Of a DNA stretch of 64,000 nt, positions 10,658 to 18,184 are shown in pieces. The notes under the pieces are model-generated. The model was given only the letters and a program-made list of their open reading frames with translations. It made no database searches and had not been told where the DNA came from. This DNA comes from an uncultured Candidatus Binatia bacterium. Lineage in GTDB: Bacteria; Desulfobacterota; Binatia; Bin18. Location: positions 3,206,288 to 3,270,287 of the forward strand of contig CBDEWE010000003.1 of the NCBI GenBank assembly GCA_965243855.1, written 5' to 3'. The position numbers and the translations under genes are program-made. Position 1 is the first letter of the stretch; each line of letters starts with the position of its first letter.

Positions 10658-11557
10658 TTACTCAGGGACTCCGGACGGAAGGCCGGCCATCTCTCGGATA
10701 ACAGTTGCCAGCGCGCCCCAGTCGAGGTCGCCCCGTCCTCTGGCAAAGGCGGCCCGCAAATGGTTGTCAGCCAAGTCGGCCAGCGGCAGGGGCGCGGCAA
10801 CATCTTTGGCCAGCTTTTGCATCAGCCCGACATCTTTCAGTCCCAGCGCCAGCGCAAAGCCCGCAGGAACAAACTCCTGCTTGGCGATCCGGCTGCCATA
10901 GCCTTGAAACAGAGGCACGGGCAGCAATGCTCGGATCAACTCCAGAACGGTCTCGTTTTGCAACCCACCCTTCTCGGCCAAGGTCAGCGCCTCGCTAATG
11001 GTTTCGATGCCGGCAATCACAAAAAAGTTCCCCACCAGCTTGAGGACATTGGCGAGGTGAGGCTCTTCACCCACCACGATAACCCCCTGCCCCATGGCCT
11101 CGAACGCGGGTCGGCAACGGTCGATGGCCGCAGCTGGGCCAGCCGGACAGATCCACAGTTTTGCCGCGGCCGCGGCCTCCGGACGGCCAAAGACCGGCGA
11201 GGCCACAAAATGCGTCCCCCGGTCGTGATACAGCGGTGCCAGTTCTTTGGTTACGTCGGGTGAGACGGTGCTCATATCAACGTGAATCCCATCCGGTTTG
11301 AGGCCGGCCAGAATGCCGTCCTCACCCAGCGTAATCGCCCGGAGCGCGGCATCGTCAGCAATAATGCTGATCACAACATCGGATCGCGCGGCCAACTCGC
11401 GGGGGGAATCGGCCCACTGCGCTCCGTTTTGGCGCAAGGTGTCGGCCCGTGAGGCCGTGCGATTAAAAAGCGCGAGGGGAAAATCGGCATCGAGCAGATG
11501 CTGTGCCATGGGCAGGCCCATCCTGCCCAGTCCGATAAAGCCAATTGAAGGGGTCAT
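10658..11557 (-). CDS. NAD(P)-dependent oxidoreductase, 3-hydroxyisobutyrate dehydrogenase / 2-hydroxy-3-oxopropionate reductase family
   Basis: IGFIGLGRMGLPMAQHLL Rossmann motif at N-terminus; ~300 aa; start chosen at internal ATG with RBS AAAGGA (ORF extends to 11629). Confidence 0.8.
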   Translation of the reverse strand: MTPSIGFIGLGRMGLPMAQHLLDADFPLALFNRTASRADTLRQNGAQWADSPRELAARSDVVISIIADDAALRAITLGEDGILAGLKPDGIHVDMSTVSPDVTKELAPLYHDRGTHFVASPVFGRPEAAAAAKLWICPAGPAAAIDRCRPAFEAMGQGVIVVGEEPHLANVLKLVGNFFVIAGIETISEALTLAEKGGLQNETVLELIRALLPVPLFQGYGSRIAKQEFVPAGFALALGLKDVGLMQKLAKDVAAPLPLADLADNHLRAAFARGRGDLDWGALATVIREMAGLPSGVPE

Positions 11558-11640
11558 ATCTGCTTTGTCCTTTGAGTCCTTGAGTCTATGGGGTCCTTGA
11601 GTCCGACTCAACAGACTCAATAGACCCAACAGACCTAATC

Positions 11641-12030
11641 TCAGTGCATAGCGTGCGGTTCGCGCAGAATAAATTCGGCGATTTCCGCATCAAATTGCTC
11701 GCCGTCAGCCGTGGTCATCTGATAGCTGCCGCGCATGGAACCAAAGGGGGTGGTCAGCGGACAGCCCGAGGTGTACTCAAAGGACTGGCCTTGCGCCAGG
11801 ACGGGCTGCTCGCCCACCACACCCGGTCCTTTGACTTCCTCCACATGGCCGGTCGCGTCGGTAATGATCCAGTGGCGGGTCATGAGCTGGGCGGTGACCG
11901 ACCCTTCGTTGGTGATGCGGATGGTATACAGGAAGAACCACTGGCTCTGTTGAGGAGAAGAGCGGGTTGGATCGTATTGGGTTTCCACGCTGATGCGAAT
12001 CCCTCGGGTGACTGCTTCAGAGGCTGGCAC
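11641..12030 (-). CDS. apaG: ApaG (DUF525) protein
   Basis: GIRISVETQYDPTRSSPQQSQWFFLYTIRITNEG... matches ApaG; start set at GTG preceded by RBS AAGAGGAGGAG (ORF open to 12111). Confidence 0.75.
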   Translation of the reverse strand: MPASEAVTRGIRISVETQYDPTRSSPQQSQWFFLYTIRITNEGSVTAQLMTRHWIITDATGHVEEVKGPGVVGEQPVLAQGQSFEYTSGCPLTTPFGSMRGSYQMTTADGEQFDAEIAEFILREPHAMH

Positions 12031-12112
12031 GCTGTCTCCTCCTCTTTCTCTCATTGGCACGCATGTCGGAGTGTATGACCGCCCTGCCAGTGCGTCAACC
12101 AAGGACGTCAAC

Positions 12113-12544
12113 TTACTCTTCAGCCAGGGCTACTGCGATATCGGCCGCCAGTTGCCGGCCCGTTTCATTGTCCAGCGTACCCGCCGACCATTCAATGCCG
12201 AGCCCCGCGCCCTCGGTCGAATCCGGGAATCTGGGAATAATATGGAAGTGGACGTGCATCACGGCCTGGTGTGCGCTGGCGCCGTTATTTTGCAGGACGT
12301 TGAACGCCGTAGCCCCGGTGGCTTTGAGGACGGCCCGGCTCAGCCGGGGCAGCACCCGGCCAAGGGCCGCTGCGGATTCGTCCGAAAGCTGGTCGAACGT
12401 TTCTGCCGGCTCTTTTGGGATGAGCAGGGTATGGCCGCTGCTCAGCGGACCAATATCGAGAAAGGCGAAGACCTGGTCGTCTTCATAGACTTTGTGACAC
12501 GGAATCTCGCCGGCAATGATTTTCAGAAAGATCGTTTCCGCCAT
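12113..12544 (-). CDS. HIT family (histidine triad) hydrolase
   Basis: 143 aa; ...HVHFHIIPR histidine-triad motif; HinT-like N-terminus. Confidence 0.85.
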   Translation of the reverse strand: MAETIFLKIIAGEIPCHKVYEDDQVFAFLDIGPLSSGHTLLIPKEPAETFDQLSDESAAALGRVLPRLSRAVLKATGATAFNVLQNNGASAHQAVMHVHFHIIPRFPDSTEGAGLGIEWSAGTLDNETGRQLAADIAVALAEE

Positions 12545-12678
12545 GCCCCGAGAGTAGCGTATGAACGGATGGACGGCTAGGGTTGGGGCCTTGAGCTATT
12601 TAGGACCCAACAGTGGCGTGTGATACACATTCCCAGGAGCCTGCGCTCGCCAGACGTGCGGTGGCCGCCGGGACGGGG

Positions 12679-12749
12679 CAACCCACCCCGCCGCTACGCG
12701 GCACCCCTCCCGAGAGGGGAGCTTATCTTATCTCCCTTGGAGAGGGGAG
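12679..12749. repeat. REP-like GC-rich hairpin cluster (CCCCTCC-cgaga-GGGGAG; TCTCCC-ttgg-AGAGGGGA)
   Basis: Shares ACCCACCCCG...CCCCTCCGAGAGGGGAGCTT..TTATC..CCCTTGGGAGGG core with element at 24732..24815. Confidence 0.6.
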
Positions 12750-12764
12750 CAGTATGGCGCCGGC

Positions 12765-13607
12765 TTAGGGTAATCCGGCGCCGGGTACCTCAACCTGGAC
12801 CGTTTCGATAGCAGCTTCAGACTTCCCCTGGGCCAACTCCTCCACGGTTGTGGCTGCGGTCAGCATGAAGAGCGTACGACGCCCTTCCCCGCCCAACATG
12901 CAGGCAACGGCCCGTTTGTCCGGGACAGGAATACGATGCGTGACCTCTCCGCCGTCTTTGACCCGAATAAATTCACCACTCCCAAACGAACTCACCCAGA
13001 CCGCCCCTTCGGCGTCCAGACAAATCCCGTCAGGAGTCGCTTCCCCCAGCTGGGCAAATACGCGCCGGTCCGACAGCGAACCGTCGGCGGCGATGCTGAA
13101 AGCGCTCAGACAGTTCGCAAATGTCTCGGCAACAATGAAGGTGCTCCCGTCCGGACTGATCACGCTGCCATTCGGGAAGCTCAGACCGTCCGCGACCACC
13201 CGAGTCTGTCCGTCCGGCGTGACCATGACAATGTTCGCCGGCTGGGCTTCTTCACCGCCCATCAAGTCGTAGCCAAAGCTCCCGATATAGGATCGGCCCT
13301 GGGCATCAACGACCATATCATTGATATCACCCCGGACGAGCGCAGAGACATCTGCGACTTCCGCGAGACCGTTCGGGTCCTGCCGGAGCAGTTTCCTATC
13401 GTGCATAGAGACGATGAGCAGGCGTCCATCCGGCAGAAAGCCCAGTCCCGACGGGCGCTGTGGCACCGTTGCGACCAACTCGGTGTTGCCCTGCGCGTCA
13501 ACCGTGAGCACTTTCTCGGCAAACATGTCGGAAACCCAGAGTTTACCGTCGTGCCAACGCGGGCCTTCAAGAAAAACAAATCCATCTGCGAGAAGCTGCG
13601 GAGTCAT
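12765..13607 (-). CDS. SMP-30/gluconolactonase/LRE family protein
   Basis: 280 aa; N-terminal ...LADGFVFLEGPRWHDGKLWVSD and beta-propeller repeats typical of SGL family. Confidence 0.8.
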   Translation of the reverse strand: MTPQLLADGFVFLEGPRWHDGKLWVSDMFAEKVLTVDAQGNTELVATVPQRPSGLGFLPDGRLLIVSMHDRKLLRQDPNGLAEVADVSALVRGDINDMVVDAQGRSYIGSFGYDLMGGEEAQPANIVMVTPDGQTRVVADGLSFPNGSVISPDGSTFIVAETFANCLSAFSIAADGSLSDRRVFAQLGEATPDGICLDAEGAVWVSSFGSGEFIRVKDGGEVTHRIPVPDKRAVACMLGGEGRRTLFMLTAATTVEELAQGKSEAAIETVQVEVPGAGLP

Positions 13608-13625
13608 GCTGTCCCCCTTTCATGC

Positions 13626-14423
13626 TTAGCGGCCACGGAAGACCGGTTGCCGTTTGTCCATAAACGCGTTGACGCCTTCTTGATGATCTTCCGTCTGACC
13701 ACAGCGTAAATGCGTTTCCGCCTCCCGGTCGAGCATGGTACGAAAATCCACCCCCCCCGCTGCATTGACGTTGGCTTTCATATAGCGGTAGCTGACCAGG
13801 GGGCCGGAGGCGATCCGTTCGGCCAGTTCCAGCGCTTCGTTCATGAGCTGGTCGTGGTCAAAGACACGGTTGACCAGACCAATCCGCAAAGCTTCATCCG
13901 CGTTAATCATGTCCGGCAAAAAGAATAACTCCTTGGCCTTGGCTTGGCCGACCAAACGGCTGAGCTGCCAGGTGGTGCCGTAGTCGCCACCGTAGCCCAC
14001 CCGCGCATAGGCCGTCCCGAGCCGGGCCCGGTCGGAGGCAAAGCGCAGGTCACACGACAGGGCAATACCTAGGCCGGCGCCGGCGGCCGGACCGTTAATG
14101 ACCGCGATCGTGACCTTGGGCATATGGTGCAGCATCCAGGGCCAGGTATGACCTTCGCGGAGTTCGTCGACCTGCTGCTCCAGGGTGGAATCCCGAGTGC
14201 CGATTTCCTCCCCCTTTTGCATGGCTGACACATCGCCACCCGCACAAAAGCCCCGGCCCGCACCCGTCAGCACAACAGCGCCAATATCGGGGTCTTCCGA
14301 CATCTCGCGTAGCACCGAAACCGCCGCCTGGTTCATATCTCTGGTGAGCGCATTGAGCTTATCCGGGCGATTCATGGTCAGAATGCCGACACGGTTTGTG
14401 ACTTCGATATTAAGATCCGCCAT
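13626..14423 (-). CDS. enoyl-CoA hydratase/isomerase (crotonase) family protein
   Basis: 265 aa; ILTMNRPDKLNAL...GAGRGFCAGGD oxyanion-hole motifs. Confidence 0.85.
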   Translation of the reverse strand: MADLNIEVTNRVGILTMNRPDKLNALTRDMNQAAVSVLREMSEDPDIGAVVLTGAGRGFCAGGDVSAMQKGEEIGTRDSTLEQQVDELREGHTWPWMLHHMPKVTIAVINGPAAGAGLGIALSCDLRFASDRARLGTAYARVGYGGDYGTTWQLSRLVGQAKAKELFFLPDMINADEALRIGLVNRVFDHDQLMNEALELAERIASGPLVSYRYMKANVNAAGGVDFRTMLDREAETHLRCGQTEDHQEGVNAFMDKRQPVFRGR

Positions 14424-14521
14424 CTCTCTTCCTCCTTAGTCTCCCTGTGGATGAAGCTTGCACTTTATCGTGTTTTGCGTAGAAAGGAAGGGACAGCTCA
14501 GTAATGGAAAAGGAGAGGGAC

Positions 14522-15151
14522 ATGACGGCAACCGCAGACCCGCATCAAATTACGAGCGTGGAACAGCTTCGCGAACGCATTGGATCACCGAGTGAGCTTG
14601 TCCCGCATAAGCTCTGGACCGAGTTGGACGAGTCGTGCATGGACTTCATCAGACGCTCGCCGTTTCTCCTGCTCGCCACGGCAGACGCCGAAGGCAATCA
14701 GGATGTCTCGCCCAAGGGGGACGGGCCGGGGTTTGTCTGTATTGAGGATGCACACACACTGCTCATCCCGGACCGGGCGGGCAACAAGCTGGTCTTCGGG
14801 CTGACCAATATCATTGAGAATCCCCATATTGGCCTGATTTTCCTGCTGCCGGGAACACCGGAAACCATGCGGGTCAACGGCACGGCTGAGCTTACGGCCG
14901 ACCCTGAAGTCCTGGAGCGCCTGTCCGCGCGTGGGAAACCCGCGGTGGTTGCCATCCGGGTCCATATCAAAGAAGTGTTCTACCACTGCGCCAAGGCCTT
15001 TATCCGGTCACAACTCTGGAAGCCCGATACCTGGGAGGAGCGCCTGAAGATTTCGTTCGGCAAGATTCTGGCAGCCAAGATGGGCGGCGATACCGGCATG
15101 GCCAACAAGATCGACGAATTTGTCGAACAGGACTATCGGACCAATCTGTAG
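14522..15151 (+). CDS. pyridoxamine 5'-phosphate oxidase family (FMN-binding split barrel) protein
   Basis: ~210 aa; HIGLIFLLPGTPETMRVNGTAELTADPEV pattern; ATG with RBS AAAGGAGAGGG (ORF from 14504). Confidence 0.6.
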   Translation: MTATADPHQITSVEQLRERIGSPSELVPHKLWTELDESCMDFIRRSPFLLLATADAEGNQDVSPKGDGPGFVCIEDAHTLLIPDRAGNKLVFGLTNIIENPHIGLIFLLPGTPETMRVNGTAELTADPEVLERLSARGKPAVVAIRVHIKEVFYHCAKAFIRSQLWKPDTWEERLKISFGKILAAKMGGDTGMANKIDEFVEQDYRTNL

Positions 15152-15174
15152 ACTTCCTCCGCCCTCCTCGCATT

Positions 15175-15229
15175 CCCTCTCCCTCTGGGAGAGGGCTAGG
15201 GTAAGGAGACCTGCTTCTTACAGCAGGTC
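15175..15229. terminator. pair of hairpins between convergent genes (CCCTCTCC-ctctg-GGAGAGGG; GACCTGC-ttcttaca-GCAGGTC)
   Basis: Two GC-rich stem-loops; second overlaps the stop codon of the minus-strand gene. Confidence 0.5.
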
Positions 15230-16111
15230 CAACCCCCTCCGCTCCCATTCCATGGCCACCACCCGGCCCAACCCCGACTCCGTAATATATAAGGTCCTCG
15301 AATCGACACCGCCAAAGGCGATATTCGTGACCGCTCTGTCCTCACTCGGAATCCGGTCGACCTGCTGCCCGTGCGGATCAAAGACAATAATGCCCCCTCC
15401 CAGCACACCACAGACCAGAACATAGCCTGCTTCATCCAGACAAAAGCCATCGGGATAATGGCCGGTCGGCAGTTGACAGAATGGTCGGCGCTGGTCGAGT
15501 TCACCTGGGGCAAGAGCGGGAAAGGCACACAGGCTGGCGGCAAAGGTTTCCGCTACGAGCAGGGTTTTACCGTCCGGGGTGAGGCCGATGCCGTTTGGAT
15601 GTTGAAGATTGGTAGCGACACGCCGAATCCAGGTCCCATCCGGACTGGCGTAGTAGACGCTGCCCTGGCGCCGCGTTGGTGCATCCATTGGTTCAGGCCG
15701 CGTGGGATCGCGCTGGATCGGATCGGTAAAGTAGAAATTCCCTTCAGCATCAAACACCAAATCGTTTGGTGCGCTGAGTTGCACGCCGTCACATGAGGTG
15801 TATAAGCGTTCGACCTTACCCTCGGCGTCAATCCGCTCAAGGCGTCCGGTCTCGTAATCCGGAGCCGGTCCAACGGGCAGCCCCTTGCGCCAGCGAAAGC
15901 CGCCGTTATTCGTGACGTATAGGGCTCCGTCCGGCCCTCGGGCGGCCCCGTTCGGACCACCACCCGGAGTGACGAAGGTGGAGAGTGTTCCGTCAGGCGC
16001 AATTTTCCGAACGCGGCCCCCACGGATTTCCACACAATACACGCTGCCGTCCGGGTCACAGACCGGACCTTCCGGGAATGCCAAGCCGGTTGCAATGATG
16101 GTGTGACTCAT
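15218..16111 (-). CDS. SMP-30/gluconolactonase/LRE family protein
   Basis: 297 aa; N-terminal TGLAFPEGPVCDPDGSVYCVEIRGG typical SGL start. Confidence 0.8.
   Translation of the reverse strand: MSHTIIATGLAFPEGPVCDPDGSVYCVEIRGGRVRKIAPDGTLSTFVTPGGGPNGAARGPDGALYVTNNGGFRWRKGLPVGPAPDYETGRLERIDAEGKVERLYTSCDGVQLSAPNDLVFDAEGNFYFTDPIQRDPTRPEPMDAPTRRQGSVYYASPDGTWIRRVATNLQHPNGIGLTPDGKTLLVAETFAASLCAFPALAPGELDQRRPFCQLPTGHYPDGFCLDEAGYVLVCGVLGGGIIVFDPHGQQVDRIPSEDRAVTNIAFGGVDSRTLYITESGLGRVVAMEWERRGLDLL
16047..16092. repeat. 46-bp perfect direct repeat, copy A (inside 5' coding end of SGL gene)
   Basis: CCGTCCGGGTCACAGACCGGACCTTCCGGGAATGCCAAGCCGGTTG identical to 17847..17892, exactly 1800 bp away. Confidence 0.9.
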
Positions 16112-16145
16112 AAGGGCGAGCGTACCCGGCGGACGCTCAAAAATT

Positions 16146-16691
16146 TCAGGCCGCTTGCTGCTCTTTTTGTTTCAGCAACTTGCCAGCAATCTGGTCAATA
16201 ACCTGGTCGGCCAGCACGCGGACTTCATCCTCGAGCTTGGGCTGAATAGGATGCGGGACCAGAATGGGCTCATACTGAGGCATACCAAGAGCCGCACATT
16301 GGGCGTGCGCGGCGCTCAGAAACTCCGTGGTCGTGATATTTGCAGTCGGAATCCCTCTCTCTTCCAGCGCGATGACATCGTGCGAACTGCACGATATACA
16401 GCCGCCTCAATCGCTGAGCGCTTCAATGACCGCGTCGCACTTTTCTTGTAGCTCCTGCTGAATAGCTTCAGCCGCAGGCCGACCCGGGGTCAGTTTCGTC
16501 CGCCGCAGCACCTCCTTGACACCGTACTGCTCGCGCAGGATTTCCTCCAGGCGGTCCAGGAAGAATGCGCCTTTTGCCTTGTTAATATCCAAGAGACCAA
16601 TCGTGGTACCGGACAGGCTGTCCAGCCGGGTCGCAAAGACCTTGGGCGATTGGTCCGCCTGCGAGGTCGGGTCTAGTAATACGGTTCCCAT
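16146..16691 (-). CDS. candidate selenoprotein with U-G-G-C (UxxC) motif; in-frame TGA at 16407..16409 read as Sec (UGSC-family-like)
   Basis: ORF 16407..16691 stops at TGA, but the same frame stays open 87 more codons with good coding character to TGA at 16146; SECIS-like hairpin 10 nt after the UGA; 16 bp after the upstream gene. Confidence 0.6.
16375..16398 (-). promoter_or_regulatory. bacterial SECIS-like stem-loop downstream of in-frame UGA
   Basis: mRNA UGA-GGCGGCUG-UAUAUCGUGC-AGUUC-GCACGAUGU: 9-bp stem (one G-U), 5-nt loop containing GU, starting ~10 nt after UGA. Confidence 0.5.
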
Positions 16692-16706
16692 ACATTCCTC
16701 CTTTAC

Positions 16707-17795
16707 TTATGTATGAATCTCCTTTGTCGTAATGGTACTCCCGGAGCTCCCCCGGACCAAGCCTGGAACAGCCGCAGAAAAACGACCAGCCGTTCCACCC
16801 GCGACAACAATAAGAATACTCTCCGGTGCGGGAAACTTCGGATAGAGCGTGTCATCAGTCGGCGGTTCGGTCTGGGCGTTGACGCCGGCCAACATACTCA
16901 CTCCAGCGCCCTCTCCGCCGTTGACCCCAGGCCGCAGTTCACGCAGCGGGCGACGGATGTGTTCAAATAAAAATTGACGGAGATCATTTTTAGACCATCC
17001 ATCCTGGGCAAAGGTCTTGGCATGCTCCGGTCCGACAATCAGCGCCGTATCCGAGAACACCGGAAAATTCTTGTGATTCCAGACCGAGGCCATAGTCCAG
17101 CCAAGCGAGAGGGCTAACTGCTCTGCACTGCGACTGGCATGGTCATTGATCTGAAGCGGGGAGTGACCACCAAACAGGGTGACGGTATTCTGTTCCGGAC
17201 GAAAACCTTTCTCGACGTGCAGCGGCTCCCACGGACTCTCCTCCTCGGCCTCGCCAATACAGAACGTAAATTGGGCTGGATGGCCCAGGGTTGCCTTGCA
17301 AATCTCTTGGGGCTTTGCGCCGCCAATGTTGAGAATGATCAGGCGCAACGCACGCCCGATGGTGGCATTCGCCCGAAATCCATGGCCCAGGGCATTATGC
17401 CCGCAATTCACCCCAATGGTATGGCGTATGGGACCGTTAATAATCGTCAGTGGGGTTGCCGAGAATGTGGTGACATTAATAGCGTGGGCCGCAAACTGTT
17501 CTTCACACAGGGCTTCCACCGCGGCAACGACAACCGGAAAATACGACGCCTGACACCCCGCCATCACCGCATTAATCGCAACTTTTTCAAGACTGGCCGG
17601 TCCATAGTTGGGTCCCACCGTCCCCAAGAGCTCTTGTGGGTCGCGGTCCACTGTGGCGAGCAGCGCCATAACACGCTCTGCGGTTGGCGGAACAACCGGC
17701 AGCCCATCGGTGAGCCCACTTGAAAAGAGGGCTTCAAAAGGGTCGTTCTCCTGAATATCGATGGGTTGTGAATGGAATGCGGCGGCGTCCGCCAT
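16707..17795 (-). CDS. hypothetical protein (362 aa), first gene of the selenoprotein operon
   Basis: Long ORF with strong RBS GGAGGGGAG; no family recognised by eye. Confidence 0.6.
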   Translation of the reverse strand: MADAAAFHSQPIDIQENDPFEALFSSGLTDGLPVVPPTAERVMALLATVDRDPQELLGTVGPNYGPASLEKVAINAVMAGCQASYFPVVVAAVEALCEEQFAAHAINVTTFSATPLTIINGPIRHTIGVNCGHNALGHGFRANATIGRALRLIILNIGGAKPQEICKATLGHPAQFTFCIGEAEEESPWEPLHVEKGFRPEQNTVTLFGGHSPLQINDHASRSAEQLALSLGWTMASVWNHKNFPVFSDTALIVGPEHAKTFAQDGWSKNDLRQFLFEHIRRPLRELRPGVNGGEGAGVSMLAGVNAQTEPPTDDTLYPKFPAPESILIVVAGGTAGRFSAAVPGLVRGSSGSTITTKEIHT

Positions 17796-17846
17796 GTCTC
17801 CCCTCCAAGCCTGCCCAGCCTTTCACCCTTGCTGTCCGGCTGTCAA

Positions 17847-17892
17847 CCGTCCGGGTCACAGACCGGACCTTCCGGGAATGCCAAGCCGGTTG
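17847..17892. repeat. 46-bp perfect direct repeat, copy B (5' leader of the 16707..17795 operon)
   Basis: Identical to 16047..16092; in the SGL reading frame it encodes TGLAFPEGPVCDPDG followed by a stop. Confidence 0.9.
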
Positions 17893-17968
17893 GCAATAAC
17901 AGCGCAACTGAAGCAGAGTGCATGGCAATCAAGAAGTCAGCGCAATGCAGACTGAATCGGAGATAAAA

Positions 17969-17985
17969 TAAACATTCAGAATGTT
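17969..17985. promoter_or_regulatory. 17-bp perfect palindrome AAACATTCAGAATGTTT in AT-rich divergent promoter region
   Basis: Lies in the ~200-bp AT-rich island (17940..18140) between the minus operon and the cytochrome gene; TTGACA at ~18040. Confidence 0.4.
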
Positions 17986-18184
17986 TCTAGCCTTTATATA
18001 CATATAACTGTCTGTATTTAATTATGAAATGAAATATACTTGACACCCCCTAAATTAGGTGTTTATGAGTATTTCGTATTCATTATTCGTTAAAGCGACT
18101 TTCAGAAAATCCCTAATGGCGATCCACGATCACATGTGGATTACGGGGGCAGAACTCTCAGAAATATAGACAGATTCCTTATCC

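Noticed and set aside
12936-13709. 257-aa plus-strand ORF
   Set aside because: Antisense to the SMP-30/gluconolactonase gene 12765..13607; sequence not protein-like.
16155-16451. 98-aa plus-strand ORF spanning the TGA region
   Set aside because: It is the antisense shadow of the minus-strand selenoprotein gene (GC-rich coding DNA stays open on the opposite strand). No RBS, and the sequence is not protein-like.
16047-17892. Exact 1800-bp spacing of the 46-bp direct repeats as an assembly artefact
   Set aside because: Considered, but the unique sequence between the copies is coherent (two intact genes, RBSs), and the junctions differ by an indel right after the repeat. A real duplication is more likely; it still needs read-level confirmation.
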